From positions 15,380 through 79,379 of the forward strand of contig JAJFMT010000011.1 of assembly GCA_020696855.1 (NCBI GenBank): a stretch of DNA of 64,000 nt, given 5' to 3'. Each line of letters begins with the position of its first letter. The stretch's first letter is position 1. Under the pieces are notes generated by a model, which saw only the letters and a program-made list of their open reading frames with translations, was not told the DNA's origin and ran no database searches. The stretch comes from Pseudobdellovibrio sp. (GTDB lineage Bacteria > Bdellovibrionota > Bdellovibrionia > Bdellovibrionales > Bdellovibrionaceae). Positions 19,965 through 30,245 of the stretch are shown piece after piece. The translations under genes and the position numbers were made by a program.

Positions 19965-20016
19965 CAATTAGCGCAAATTTGATTTAAATCGAAATCAAAG
20001 TTTAAAAAGGAAATCT

Positions 20017-20580
20017 ATGCAACTTCGCCTTCTGCAACAGTCGTTGATCGGGCTCGCTATGGCCGCGATATTATTATTTGTTTCCGGATGTTTATGGCAA
20101 TCTCCAGATGCTGAGTATAGAGCTTCACGCAGTATCGGTTACAACACCGGTTATGCCCCTGAACAACCACTTCCGTTCAGCCATGAACTTCATGTTGGTC
20201 AAAATAAAATTCAGTGCCAGTACTGTCACAACCAAGTTGAATTTTCAAAAACTTCAAATGTTCCGGCGTTATCAACTTGCATGAACTGCCACCAACAAGT
20301 GAATGGTTCAAAAAATCCTGATGCAATTAAAAAACTTCGCGAAGCCTATGCTGACGGAAAACCAATTGAATGGGTTAAAGTTCACTTACTTCCTGATCAC
20401 GTTCAGTTCAACCACCAGGCTCACGTTAGCCGCGGTGTAAACTGCTCAACTTGCCACGGACCGATTGAAACGATGGCGAAAGTTTACCAATACTCTGATT
20501 TATCAATGGGCTGGTGTGTGAACTGTCACCGTCAACCAGAAAATAAAGCTCCACTTAACTGTTCGACTTGCCACCAATAA
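20017..20580 (+). CDS. actA: Alternative complex III pentaheme cytochrome subunit
   Basis: Five CxxCH motifs (CQYCH, CMNCH, CSTCH, CVNCH, CSTCH); PEQPLPFSH; LSMGWC. Confidence 0.92.
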   Translation: MQLRLLQQSLIGLAMAAILLFVSGCLWQSPDAEYRASRSIGYNTGYAPEQPLPFSHELHVGQNKIQCQYCHNQVEFSKTSNVPALSTCMNCHQQVNGSKNPDAIKKLREAYADGKPIEWVKVHLLPDHVQFNHQAHVSRGVNCSTCHGPIETMAKVYQYSDLSMGWCVNCHRQPENKAPLNCSTCHQ

Positions 20581-20597
20581 GAGAGACGAATACACAC

Positions 20598-23500
20598 ATG
20601 AAAACTACACACGACTCAATCAACGAAAAACAAACGGACAGACCGCAAAGAGACCGCACTTACTGGCGCTCTTTTGAAGATTTAAACGACACACCTGAAT
20701 TCAATCAGGCATTACAAACTGAATTCATGTCTTCTCCTATTCGTGCAGAAGCTGCTAAAGAAGGCGATAACGATAAATGGGCCCGCCGTGAATTCATAAA
20801 GCTGATGGGAGCTTCTGTAGCGTTAACAACAGCTGCCGGTTGCATCCGTCGCCCTGTACAAAAAATTGTTCCTTACGTTCGTCAGCCTGAAGAAGTAACT
20901 CTTGGTGTTTCTAACTGGTATACGTCTTCTTACTTCGACGGCCAGGAGCACTTAGGTTTATTAATCAAGTCACGTGAAGGCCGTCCTGTACACATTCAGG
21001 GTAATCCTTCAAATCCACTGAACAAAGGCGGCGTTTCTTCAAGAGCCCAGGCTTCGTTATTAAGTCTTTATGATCCTGAAAGACTTCAAGCTCCAAAAAG
21101 AAATTTGCTAAATGAAAAACGCACTAACCGCGAAACAGTTGCTGTTTCATGGGAAGACCTTGATTCAAAAGTTGCCGGTGAATTGCAAAAAGGCAATTCA
21201 TACATTTTGTCAGGCAACATTACTTCGCCTGCAACTCAGGCCGTAATCAATGACTTCGGTCAGGGCTTTGGCACAAAACACGTTGTTTGGGAGCCGCTCG
21301 GTAATGACGACGTAGCTGAAGGTCAAAGAGTGTCTTATGGTGAAGCTGTTGTTCCGTCTTACCGTTTTGATAAAGCCGAAACGATTGTTTCAATCGATGC
21401 AGACTTTTTAGGTACATGGATTTCTCCTGTTGCTTTCACTAAGCAATTCTCATCGGCCCGCAAAAATCCTGCGACGATGAACCGCTTGTACTCTTTCGAT
21501 TCGACTTATTCTTTGACGGGTTCTAATGCTGACGTTCGTTTCAGAATTAAGCCTTCACAGCAATTAACTGTGGTGATGGGTTTAGTAAATGCTGTTATCA
21601 AATCAGGTAAAGCAACAGGCGTTAGTGATGCAGCGAGAAGCTTAGCGGCTAAATACGCAAACGCAGCTCAAGACCTGGGAATCGCACCGGAAAAATTCCA
21701 GAAAGTTGCGACCGATTTATTAAATGGCCCTTCACTTGTGGTAGCGGGTGGCTTGGCAACCCGTACTGAAGCTTCATTGCAATTGCAGATCGCTGTGAAT
21801 CTACTGAACAGCCTTCTGGGTAACGACGGCAAAACTGTTATCGGCAATGCCGGAAGCAGCCGCTTGAAAGCTTCATACGCTGACATGCTGAACCTGATCG
21901 AAAGAATGAAGTCAGGCGCAGTGACAACTTTAATTATTTACCGTTCAAACCCAATGTACGCTTTATCAGGTGCAGCAGGTTTCGCAGAAGCTCTTAAAAA
22001 AGTTCCAACTGTCGTTTACATCGGCGATCAAATGAATGAGACAGCATTGCATGCTCATTACGTTGCGACCGACAATCACGCTCTTGAAACATGGGGTGAT
22101 GTTGAATACGCAGCAGGTGTTTACGGTGTTCATCAGCCGTTGATCCGCACTATGTACGATACACGTTCGTTCCAGTTGTCTTTGATGACTTGGGCGTACA
22201 TGTCTAAAAAAGGTCCTCAGCGTTTACAAACTTACGAAACTTTTTATGATTATCTGCGCGCTTTCTGGAAAGAAGAAATGGCCGGCAAAGTTGCCAAAGG
22301 AAGAGATTTCGAAACTCTTTGGAACGATTTACTGCAAAACGGCAGCGTTGGTGAAGTTGCGACTTCAGGATCAGCTCGTTCATTTAAAGCTGACGCTCTT
22401 TCAAAAATTTCGGGAAAACAAAACTCATCTTCTCTTGAGCTTGTTCTATACCCAACAGTTCAAATCGGTGACGGCTCATTAGCCAACATCGGCTGGTTAC
22501 AAGAGTTGCCGGATACAGTTACTAAAATCGTTTGGGACAACTACGCATCAGTTTCTTTAAAAACAGCTGAACGTCTTCACTTAAAAGAAGGTGATGTTGT
22601 AACTTTAACTGTAAACGGGCAGAAGGCTGAACTTCCAACTCATATTCAACCGGGCTTACATGATGAAGTTGTAGCAGTTGCAGTTGGTTACGGCCGTACA
22701 GCAGCAGGTAAGGTTGGTAATGGAGTAGGTGTTGATGCTTACAAACTTGCAGGCGTGCAAAATGGCGAAGTTGTATTCGCAGGTTCTGCAGCTGAGCTTA
22801 CTAAAACCGGAAAATTCATTCAGTTAGTAACAACTCAAGGCCACGATTCAATGGAAGGCCGTCAGTTAGTCGTTCAGGCAACTAACAAAGATTATAAAGA
22901 AAACAAAGAAGCAAATATCCACAGACATCACACTTGGTCTATTTGGTCAGGTCACCAGTACAACGGTCACAAATGGGGTATGGCAATTGACTTGAACTCG
23001 TGTACGGGCTGCTCAGCTTGTATGACCGCGTGTCAGTCTGAAAATAACATTCACGTTGTGGGTAAAAAATATGTCTTCCAGGGCCGTGAAATGCACTGGA
23101 TCCGTATTGACCGTTACTACACCGGTGATGTTGAAAATGCAGAGACAGTATTCCAGCCGGTAACATGCCAGCACTGTGACAATGCTCCTTGCGAAACAGT
23201 TTGCCCGGTGGCTGCGACTTCACACAGTGAAGAAGGCTTAAACGACATGGTTTACAACCGTTGCGTTGGAACACGTTACTGTTCAAATAACTGTCCTTAT
23301 AAAGTACGCCGTTTCAACTGGTTCAATTACGCAAAGTTAATTGAAAAACCAATGCACATGGCTTTGAACCCTGAAGTGGGTGTACGTACCCGCGGTGTAA
23401 TGGAGAAATGTACTTTCTGCGTTCAGCGTATCAAAGAAGGTAAAAACAAAGCTAAAGTTGAAGGCCGTCCATTAAAAGACGGAGATGTTAAAACAGCATG

Positions 23501-23744
23501 TGAAGTGGCTTGCCCTGCTGACGCCATCGCATTCGGTGACCTGAATGATGAGAACTCACGCGTAGCAAAAGTTTTCAAAGCAGAACCTCGCGCTTACGCG
23601 CTTCTTGAAGAATGGCATGCTCGTCCTTCTATCCGTTACATGTCTAAAATCAGAAACAACGATCAAGTGACTCCGCCTAAACACGGTCATCACGGGGAGG
23701 CTCCTAAGAACGAGCCTGCACATCAAGAAGGAGGTCACTCATGA
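20598..23744 (+). CDS. actB: Alternative complex III subunit B (fused molybdopterin-oxidoreductase-like and Fe-S domains)
   Basis: YWRS, TAT motif RREFIK, AAGC lipobox; four Fe-S motifs including [12 protein letters not shown]; start set to ATG 20598. Confidence 0.93.
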   Translation: MKTTHDSINEKQTDRPQRDRTYWRSFEDLNDTPEFNQALQTEFMSSPIRAEAAKEGDNDKWARREFIKLMGASVALTTAAGCIRRPVQKIVPYVRQPEEVTLGVSNWYTSSYFDGQEHLGLLIKSREGRPVHIQGNPSNPLNKGGVSSRAQASLLSLYDPERLQAPKRNLLNEKRTNRETVAVSWEDLDSKVAGELQKGNSYILSGNITSPATQAVINDFGQGFGTKHVVWEPLGNDDVAEGQRVSYGEAVVPSYRFDKAETIVSIDADFLGTWISPVAFTKQFSSARKNPATMNRLYSFDSTYSLTGSNADVRFRIKPSQQLTVVMGLVNAVIKSGKATGVSDAARSLAAKYANAAQDLGIAPEKFQKVATDLLNGPSLVVAGGLATRTEASLQLQIAVNLLNSLLGNDGKTVIGNAGSSRLKASYADMLNLIERMKSGAVTTLIIYRSNPMYALSGAAGFAEALKKVPTVVYIGDQMNETALHAHYVATDNHALETWGDVEYAAGVYGVHQPLIRTMYDTRSFQLSLMTWAYMSKKGPQRLQTYETFYDYLRAFWKEEMAGKVAKGRDFETLWNDLLQNGSVGEVATSGSARSFKADALSKISGKQNSSSLELVLYPTVQIGDGSLANIGWLQELPDTVTKIVWDNYASVSLKTAERLHLKEGDVVTLTVNGQKAELPTHIQPGLHDEVVAVAVGYGRTAAGKVGNGVGVDAYKLAGVQNGEVVFAGSAAELTKTGKFIQLVTTQGHDSMEGRQLVVQATNKDYKENKEANIHRHHTWSIWSGHQYNGHKWGMAIDLNSCTGCSACMTACQSENNIHVVGKKYVFQGREMHWIRIDRYYTGDVENAETVFQPVTCQHCDNAPCETVCPVAATSHSEEGLNDMVYNRCVGTRYCSNNCPYKVRRFNWFNYAKLIEKPMHMALNPEVGVRTRGVMEKCTFCVQRIKEGKNKAKVEGRPLKDGDVKTACEVACPADAIAFGDLNDENSRVAKVFKAEPRAYALLEEWHARPSIRYMSKIRNNDQVTPPKHGHHGEAPKNEPAHQEGGHS

Positions 23745-25105
23745 GTCAGATGAAACGTAATCCTTTAGTTTTAGGAAATAAAACACTTAAAGATGTAACA
23801 GATGATATCTGTGCTCCGCTTGAAAGATTTCCGTCAAAAGGCTGGATGGGACTTTTCCTTGCAGCTAAAACTCTTTTCTTATTTTACATTGCGACCATCG
23901 CGATCGTCATCGCTACCGGTATCGGTTTATTAGGTGTAAATCACCCGGTTGCATGGGGAACGATGATTATCACGTTCGTATTCTGGATCGGTATCGGTCA
24001 TGCCGGTACTCTGATTTCAGCGATCTTGTTCCTGTTTCGTCAAAGATGGAGAACATCAGTTGCTCGTACTGCGGAAGCAATGACGGTTTTTGCGGTTATG
24101 ACAGCGGGTATCTTCCCTCTGATCCATACCGGCCGTCCTTGGTTAGACTTCTGGTTATTCCCTTATCCGAATCAGCGCGGGCCTTTGTGGGTTAACTTCC
24201 GTTCACCATTACTTTGGGACGTTTTCGCCGTATCAACATACGCGACTGTTTCAACAGTTTTCTGGTTCGTAGGTCTTATTCCTGACTTCGCTACGATTAA
24301 AGACCGCGCGACCAATAAAATCCGCCGTACAATTTACGGAGCTTTGTCGTTAGGTTGGAGAGGTACAGCTAAGAACTGGTCACACTATGAAATGGTGTAC
24401 TTAATTCTTGCGGGTCTATCGACTCCGCTGGTTCTTTCGGTTCATACGATCGTATCGTTCGACTTCGCGGTTTCAAATTTACCGGGATGGCATGCGACGA
24501 TCTTCCCGCCGTACTTCGTTGCGGGTGCGATCTTCTCGGGTTTTGCGATGGTTATTACGCTGTTCACTTTGGTGCGCATCGGATGGCCTGAGTTTAAAAA
24601 CTACGTCACCTTAGACCACATGGAAGTGATGAATAAAATCATCATGATGACAGGTTTAATGGTTGGTTACGCTTACGGATCTGAATTCTTAATCGCTTGG
24701 TACTCTGGTAACGATTACGAGCGTTACGTATTTATGAACCGTGCAATGGGCCCTTACGCGTGGTCTTACTGGATTATGATCTGCTGTAACGTTGTTATTC
24801 CGCAGCTTTTCTGGTTCAAAAAATTCCGCCGTTCAATCCCAGTGATGTTCGTCGTTTCAATCTTCGTTAACATCGGTATGTGGTTCGAGCGTTTCGTAAT
24901 CACGGTAACATCGCTTCACCGCGACTTCTTACCATCGAACTGGGGTCAGTACGCTTGGTCGATCTACGATACATGTATCTTAGTTGGTTCATTCGGTATG
25001 TTCCTGACCATTTTCTTATTATACCTACGCGTTTTCCCTGCGATCTCGATTGCGGAAATTAAACCTGTCTTACATGTCGGTAAAGACGAAGAAGGAGGTC
25101 ACTAA
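23741..25105 (+). CDS. actC: Alternative complex III quinol-binding subunit (NrfD family)
   Basis: [48 protein letters not shown]. Confidence 0.95.
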   Translation: MSQMKRNPLVLGNKTLKDVTDDICAPLERFPSKGWMGLFLAAKTLFLFYIATIAIVIATGIGLLGVNHPVAWGTMIITFVFWIGIGHAGTLISAILFLFRQRWRTSVARTAEAMTVFAVMTAGIFPLIHTGRPWLDFWLFPYPNQRGPLWVNFRSPLLWDVFAVSTYATVSTVFWFVGLIPDFATIKDRATNKIRRTIYGALSLGWRGTAKNWSHYEMVYLILAGLSTPLVLSVHTIVSFDFAVSNLPGWHATIFPPYFVAGAIFSGFAMVITLFTLVRIGWPEFKNYVTLDHMEVMNKIIMMTGLMVGYAYGSEFLIAWYSGNDYERYVFMNRAMGPYAWSYWIMICCNVVIPQLFWFKKFRRSIPVMFVVSIFVNIGMWFERFVITVTSLHRDFLPSNWGQYAWSIYDTCILVGSFGMFLTIFLLYLRVFPAISIAEIKPVLHVGKDEEGGH

Positions 25106-25629
25106 TGGCTAAGGCTATTGGCGGCATCGCCGGAATCTTTTTAAAAGAAGCAACAGTTCTGAAAGCAGCGGCACGGGTTCGCGAATCAGGATTTGTAAAG
25201 TTTGATGCGATTACACCTTACCCTGTACACGGTATGGAAGAAGCGTGCGGAATCAAACGCTCGACAATTCCTTACGTGGCATTTGCAGCGGGTTGCACAG
25301 GTTTAATGGCAGCATTGGCACTTGTTTGGTACACGTCGGTTGTTGACTGGCCTTTAAATATCGGAGGTAAGCCGATGTTCTCATTGCCTGCATTTATTCC
25401 GATCATGTTCGAGTTAACAGTTCTATTTGCAGCCTTGTCTTCAGTGGTGGCTTTGTTTGTTCATGCAGGAATGCCAAAGGTTGATCCGCCGGTAATCGAC
25501 AAAGATCTGACTTGCCATAAGTTCGCAATCTTCATTCCGGAAAATGACGTTGGTTACAACGCTGACCGTGTTGAAAAGTTATTGAGAGAGCTTGGCGCAG
25601 ACGAAGTTAAGAAAGTGGCGGAATACTAA
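25105..25629 (+). CDS. actD: Alternative complex III subunit D (DUF3341)
   Basis: TPYPVHG, WPLNIGGKP, FIPIMFELTVL. Confidence 0.92.
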   Translation: MAKAIGGIAGIFLKEATVLKAAARVRESGFVKFDAITPYPVHGMEEACGIKRSTIPYVAFAAGCTGLMAALALVWYTSVVDWPLNIGGKPMFSLPAFIPIMFELTVLFAALSSVVALFVHAGMPKVDPPVIDKDLTCHKFAIFIPENDVGYNADRVEKLLRELGADEVKKVAEY

Positions 25630-25630
25630 T

Positions 25631-26221
25631 ATGATAAATTCAACTAACAGATCACTTGTTAATCTTCTCATGACTCTGGTAGCAGGTTTTGTAGTGATTT
25701 CATTTACAACAGCTTGCTCAAAAAATCAGGATCAACCGAATGTTGAGCTGATTCAGGACATGATGATAAGCCCGGCCATTAAACCTCAAGAGGGCGACGT
25801 GGATTCTCCGAATAATTCGGGAATGCGCGTGCCGCCTGAAGGCACTCAGCCGGTTGGATTTATTCCTTACAAATACGCTAATGACATCGCAGGTGCAGCT
25901 CAGAATCAAAATCCATTGGGTTCAGATTCTTCAGAAGCCGTTATGAAAGTCGGACTAAAATATTATTCGACTCAATGTGCGGTTTGCCACGGTGAAAAGG
26001 GCGAAGGTTCGGCTGCAGCAAACTCTGCAGTAGGAACGAAAATGGCTCTTCAGCCGCCAAGCCTCGTGTCTGATAAAATGCGCGCATGGACAGACGGTCA
26101 GATTTATCATGTTATTACTGTCGGGCAGGGAATGATGGGGCCGTATGCTTCGCACATTCCGCAAAAATACCGCTGGCAGGTTGTTAATTACATCCGTTCT
26201 CTTCAGAAAGATAATAAGTAG
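25631..26221 (+). CDS. actE: Alternative complex III monoheme cytochrome lipoprotein
   Basis: TTAC lipobox, MRVPPEGT, single CAVCH, MMGPYA; start set to ATG 25631. Confidence 0.9.
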   Translation: MINSTNRSLVNLLMTLVAGFVVISFTTACSKNQDQPNVELIQDMMISPAIKPQEGDVDSPNNSGMRVPPEGTQPVGFIPYKYANDIAGAAQNQNPLGSDSSEAVMKVGLKYYSTQCAVCHGEKGEGSAAANSAVGTKMALQPPSLVSDKMRAWTDGQIYHVITVGQGMMGPYASHIPQKYRWQVVNYIRSLQKDNK

Positions 26222-26227
26222 GTCGTC

Positions 26228-27424
26228 ATGGGAACTCATTCATCACATCAAGAATTAAAATTAAATAAGTTCGAATTGTCTTCTACTCTGAAAGGCATTT
26301 TGGGCGCAGCTTTGTTGATCGGTCTTGCTACTTTCATTTTCGGGTTTGTAAAAAACCCGGATCGCATGTGGCCGGCTTACTTAACAGCTTTTTTCTACTT
26401 TGCTTCCATTGCAAGTACGGGCATGTTCTTCGTTGCTTTCAATCACGCGGCAAATGCGGGTTGGAGCGCTTCGATCAGACGTTTTGCTGAAGCGATGTCA
26501 GCATTCTTCCCTTACATGTTGGGTGGAGGCCTGTTGTTATTCGTTGGTATCAAGTACTTGTACGCTTGGGGCGTGCCTGAAACTTACCACACATTAACCG
26601 GCGGCAAGCAAACTTACTTAGCTCCTGGATTCGTGTTAGCCCGAATGATTATCTTCGGCTTGGGAAGTATTTTCTTCGCTAAAAAAATCGTTGGAAATTC
26701 ACTTAAACAGGACACCACAGGTGATCACCAGTTAACAAAAAACAATTTGAGTCTTTCAGTTGGTTACATTGCATTCTTTGCAATTTTCTTTTCTTTATTC
26801 TCAATTGATTTACTCATGTCATTGCTGCCAACTTGGTATTCTACAATTTACGGAGTTTACTGCTTCGCTGCCGGCCTTCAGGCTACGTTCGCATTCTTGT
26901 CGATTGTTATCGTTGTAATGAAGAATTCAAAATGGATCTCTGGCTACGTTACAGAAGAGCATCAGCACGATGTTGGAAAATACTTAAAAGGTTTTTCAGT
27001 TTTCTGGGCTTACATTGCGTTCTCTCAGTTCATGTTAATCTGGTACGCAAACATCCCTGAAGAGACAGAGTTCTATATCATGCGTTCTCTGAACGGGTGG
27101 ATGCCGGTATCGTTTGCTTTATTGATCTTCCGCTTTATCGTTCCATTCCTGGTATTGTTACCGCGCGGATCGAAGCGTACGGATTCTATCCTGGTCGGTA
27201 TCTCAGCTCTGGTACTTGTTATGCACTACGTTGATATTTACTGGCTGGTTTACCCGAACTTCTTCGACGGAATTCCGCAATTCGGTCTGTGGGAAGTGGG
27301 CATGTTCCTGTTTTTCGCCGCTATTTTCCTGGGTTCAATGTTCCAGTTCATGTCTAAAAACAATCTGGTTGCTATTAAAGACCCTCGCTTGCACGAGGCC
27401 CTTAAGCACCATGTGACTTACTAG
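26228..27424 (+). CDS. actF: Alternative complex III membrane subunit F
   Basis: Multi-TM; WYSTIYG, HDVGKY, FSQFMLIWYANIPEE. Confidence 0.92.
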   Translation: MGTHSSHQELKLNKFELSSTLKGILGAALLIGLATFIFGFVKNPDRMWPAYLTAFFYFASIASTGMFFVAFNHAANAGWSASIRRFAEAMSAFFPYMLGGGLLLFVGIKYLYAWGVPETYHTLTGGKQTYLAPGFVLARMIIFGLGSIFFAKKIVGNSLKQDTTGDHQLTKNNLSLSVGYIAFFAIFFSLFSIDLLMSLLPTWYSTIYGVYCFAAGLQATFAFLSIVIVVMKNSKWISGYVTEEHQHDVGKYLKGFSVFWAYIAFSQFMLIWYANIPEETEFYIMRSLNGWMPVSFALLIFRFIVPFLVLLPRGSKRTDSILVGISALVLVMHYVDIYWLVYPNFFDGIPQFGLWEVGMFLFFAAIFLGSMFQFMSKNNLVAIKDPRLHEALKHHVTY

Positions 27425-27474
27425 ACTAAGCTTCGATATTTGTGATCAAACTTGAAAATGCACAAAAATTAACT

Positions 27475-27504
27475 AAAAGCCCCTTGAAATGGGGGCTTTT
27501 TTTT
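27475..27504 (+). terminator. Rho-independent terminator of the act operon
   Basis: AAAAGCCCCT-tgaaat-GGGGGCTTTT plus T-tract. Confidence 0.88.
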
Positions 27505-27515
27505 GAGATTATAAC
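27484..27515 (+). promoter_or_regulatory. Putative sigma70 promoter for the thrS leader, embedded in the act terminator
   Basis: TTGAAA (27484) N17 GATTAT (27507, preceded by TG); overlapping TATAAC (27510) sits 6 nt before ATG 27522. Confidence 0.55.
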
Positions 27516-27521
27516 AACACG

Positions 27522-27608
27522 ATGATGTTCATGTTCTCTACAGCATTACATTCTCAATTCTTAACCAATACGACGACCCGTGCGGTTGTTGGCTCTACGA
27601 CATTTTAA
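27522..27608 (+). CDS. Putative Thr-rich leader peptide (uORF) of thrS, 28 aa MMFMFSTALHSQFLTNTTTRAVVGSTTF
   Basis: Open frame ATG..TAA with 7 Thr codons including ACC AAT ACG ACG ACC, ending 18 nt before thrS. Confidence 0.7.
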   Translation: MMFMFSTALHSQFLTNTTTRAVVGSTTF

Positions 27609-27626
27609 TGTCGATCTCATAAACTT

Positions 27627-29558
27627 ATGCCTGAAATTCAGATTATTTTACCGGACAACTCGGTACGCACTTTTGATCATAACCCTACGGCGCTTGAAGT
27701 AGCAGCGTCGATCGGTAGCCGTTTGGCTAAAGATACTCTCGGAGCAAAAATTAATGGCTCTCAGGAGATTATCGACTTTCGAACGCCGCTTGAAAATCAA
27801 ACGAAGTTACAACTGGTCACGACTAAATCTCCTGAATCAGTTGAAGTCATTCGTCACTCAGCCGCTCACTTGATGGCTCAGGCCGTTCAGCAAATTTGGC
27901 CCGAGGTGAAAGTGACAATCGGTCCGGTGATTGAAAACGGATTTTATTACGACTTCGATTCTCCATTTAACTTCACTGAAGAACATTTTGAAAAAATCGA
28001 AAAAAAGATGGAAGAGCTTCGGAATAAAGATTTTCCAGTGGTCCGTGAAGAATGGTCTATCCAAAAAGCGATCGATATTTTTACTAAAATGGGCGAGCGC
28101 TTTAAAGTCGAACTCATTAAGGATTTGGCAGCCAAGGGCGAGACGGTCGTTGGAATTTACCATCAAGGTGACTGGTTTGATTTGTGCCGTGGTCCTCACG
28201 TTCAATCGACAGGACAGATAAAAGCTTTCAAACTGATGAAGGTGGCGGGTGCTTACTGGCGCGGAGACGAAAAAAATCCGATGCTCCAGCGCGTATACGC
28301 GACAGCATTCAACGATAAAAAAGATTTGGATGCTTACCTTGTTCAGTTAGAAGAAGCTGCTAAACGCGACCACAGACGTTTAGGAAAAGAACTTGGCTTA
28401 TTCATGTTTCATGAATGGGCGCCGGCATCTCCGTTTTTTACCGGACGGGGAACGGTTGTTTACAACGAACTTATTAATTACATCCGCGAGCTGTATCACA
28501 AATACGATTACCAAGAAGTGATCACGCCGCAAATTTTTGATATCGAGCTTTTTAAAACGTCAGGCCACTATCAGAATTATAAAGAGAATATGTACTTCTC
28601 TAATCCTGATGAGCGCGAATTCGGTGTAAAACCGATGAACTGCCCAAGCCACTGTTTATTGTTCGCATCTGAAAAGCACTCGTACCGCGAACTTCCATTA
28701 CGGATGGCGGATTTCGGCCGTTTACACCGCTACGAAAAGTCGGGTTCCCTACACGGTTTATCCCGCGTAAGAACATTTTGCCAGGATGATGCCCATATCT
28801 TTTGTTCGATGGACCAGTTAAAAGGTGAAATTTTTAAATTCATCGAATTGCTGAATGAAATTTACCAAACCTTAGGTATGCCGAATTACAAATTATTCTT
28901 AGCCACTCGTCCGGAAAACCGGATGGGCAGTGACGAATACTGGGACATGTCTGAAAAAGCGCTGGGCGATGCGGTTACAGAAATGGGGCTGCAGTTCGGA
29001 GTACTTCCGGGTGAAGGCGCCTTCTATGGCCCTAAACTTGAAATGCATTTCGTCGATGCGATCGGGCGCTCATGGCAGACGGGAACAATCCAGGTTGATC
29101 CGAATTTGCCGGAAGCTTTCGACCTTAAATTCACAGGTGAAGACAACAAAGAGCACCGGCCACTCATGTTACACCGAGCGGTTTTAGGTTCTTTAGAGCG
29201 CTTTATCAGCGTTTACCTGGAGCACACGGCTGGCCACTTGCCTCCGTGGATGTCTCCGAACCAGGTAACGATATTGAACGTTACTGACCGGGTAAACGTA
29301 TTCTGTGAAACAATGCAGGCTGAATTGAAAGCTAACGGAATTCGCGTTGAGTTCGACAGACGGAATGAAAAATTGAATTTTAAAATCCGTGAAGCTCAGC
29401 TGAAAAAAGTTCCGTACATGCTGATTGTCGGAGATAAAGAAGCCGAGCAAAGATCGGTGTCGGTCCGTTTAAAAGACGGTTCGATGCACAATAACATTCC
29501 GTGGGAAAAAGCCCGCGAAGTGATTAGAAAACTGCTGCCCGAAATGGCGCAGGTATAG
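27627..29558 (+). CDS. thrS: Threonine--tRNA ligase
   Basis: TGS domain, HSAAHLMAQA, DLCRGPH, KPMNCP, HRYEKSG, QDDAHIF, HRAVLGSLERF. Confidence 0.98.
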   Translation: MPEIQIILPDNSVRTFDHNPTALEVAASIGSRLAKDTLGAKINGSQEIIDFRTPLENQTKLQLVTTKSPESVEVIRHSAAHLMAQAVQQIWPEVKVTIGPVIENGFYYDFDSPFNFTEEHFEKIEKKMEELRNKDFPVVREEWSIQKAIDIFTKMGERFKVELIKDLAAKGETVVGIYHQGDWFDLCRGPHVQSTGQIKAFKLMKVAGAYWRGDEKNPMLQRVYATAFNDKKDLDAYLVQLEEAAKRDHRRLGKELGLFMFHEWAPASPFFTGRGTVVYNELINYIRELYHKYDYQEVITPQIFDIELFKTSGHYQNYKENMYFSNPDEREFGVKPMNCPSHCLLFASEKHSYRELPLRMADFGRLHRYEKSGSLHGLSRVRTFCQDDAHIFCSMDQLKGEIFKFIELLNEIYQTLGMPNYKLFLATRPENRMGSDEYWDMSEKALGDAVTEMGLQFGVLPGEGAFYGPKLEMHFVDAIGRSWQTGTIQVDPNLPEAFDLKFTGEDNKEHRPLMLHRAVLGSLERFISVYLEHTAGHLPPWMSPNQVTILNVTDRVNVFCETMQAELKANGIRVEFDRRNEKLNFKIREAQLKKVPYMLIVGDKEAEQRSVSVRLKDGSMHNNIPWEKAREVIRKLLPEMAQV

Positions 29559-29585
29559 AAGAGAAACATACTAAAGGAGAAAAGT

Positions 29586-30245
29586 ATTAACACCCTCGCC
29601 CCAAGACCAAAAGGTCCTTCCAAGTTCGATAGAGACAAAAAACGTGAAAAAGATGGATTACGCGTAAACCGTGAAATCCGTGCCCAGCAAGTACGACTGA
29701 TTGATGATGAGGGAAAAATGCTAGGTGTAATGTCAGTGCCGGAGGCCCTGAGAATCGCCGAAGACCGAGGCTTGGACTTACTTGAAATTGCTCCGAATGC
29801 TCAGCCGCCGACATGTAAAATCATGGACTACGGCAAATACAAGTACGAAGAAAAAAAGAAAGCAGCAGCTTCCAGAAAAAATCAGGTTGTTGTCACCATT
29901 AAAGAAATTCAAATGCGCCCGCGTACGGATCAGCATGACTTCGAAACAAAAATGAAACATGCCCGCCGCTTTTTACTAGAGGGCGACAAAGTAAAAGTAA
30001 ATTTACGTTTCATGGGCCGCGAGATGGCGCACCAGGAAACAGGTTTGGCTGTAGTGAACAAGGCGATCGAGTTCGTAAAAGATCTTGCGATTGTTGAAGC
30101 TCCGCCAAAAACAGAAGGCCGTAACATGTTTGCCATGTTAGCGCCGGATCCGGTTAAAATTAAAGAATACATCAAGCTTCACCCGAATAAAAAAGATGAA
30201 GTTCTTGAGCCTATGAAAGAAGAAGTTGATAACGATGAAGAATAG
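29586..30245 (+). CDS. infC: Translation initiation factor IF-3, AUU start
   Basis: AAGGAG SD then in-frame ATT at 29586 extends the ORF to include RVNREIRAQQVRLID; CKIMDYGKYKY. Confidence 0.93.
   Translation: MNTLAPRPKGPSKFDRDKKREKDGLRVNREIRAQQVRLIDDEGKMLGVMSVPEALRIAEDRGLDLLEIAPNAQPPTCKIMDYGKYKYEEKKKAAASRKNQVVVTIKEIQMRPRTDQHDFETKMKHARRFLLEGDKVKVNLRFMGREMAHQETGLAVVNKAIEFVKDLAIVEAPPKTEGRNMFAMLAPDPVKIKEYIKLHPNKKDEVLEPMKEEVDNDEE

Noticed and set aside
27425-27626. T-box riboswitch upstream of thrS
   Set aside because: Region too short; no T-box consensus and no terminator just before thrS
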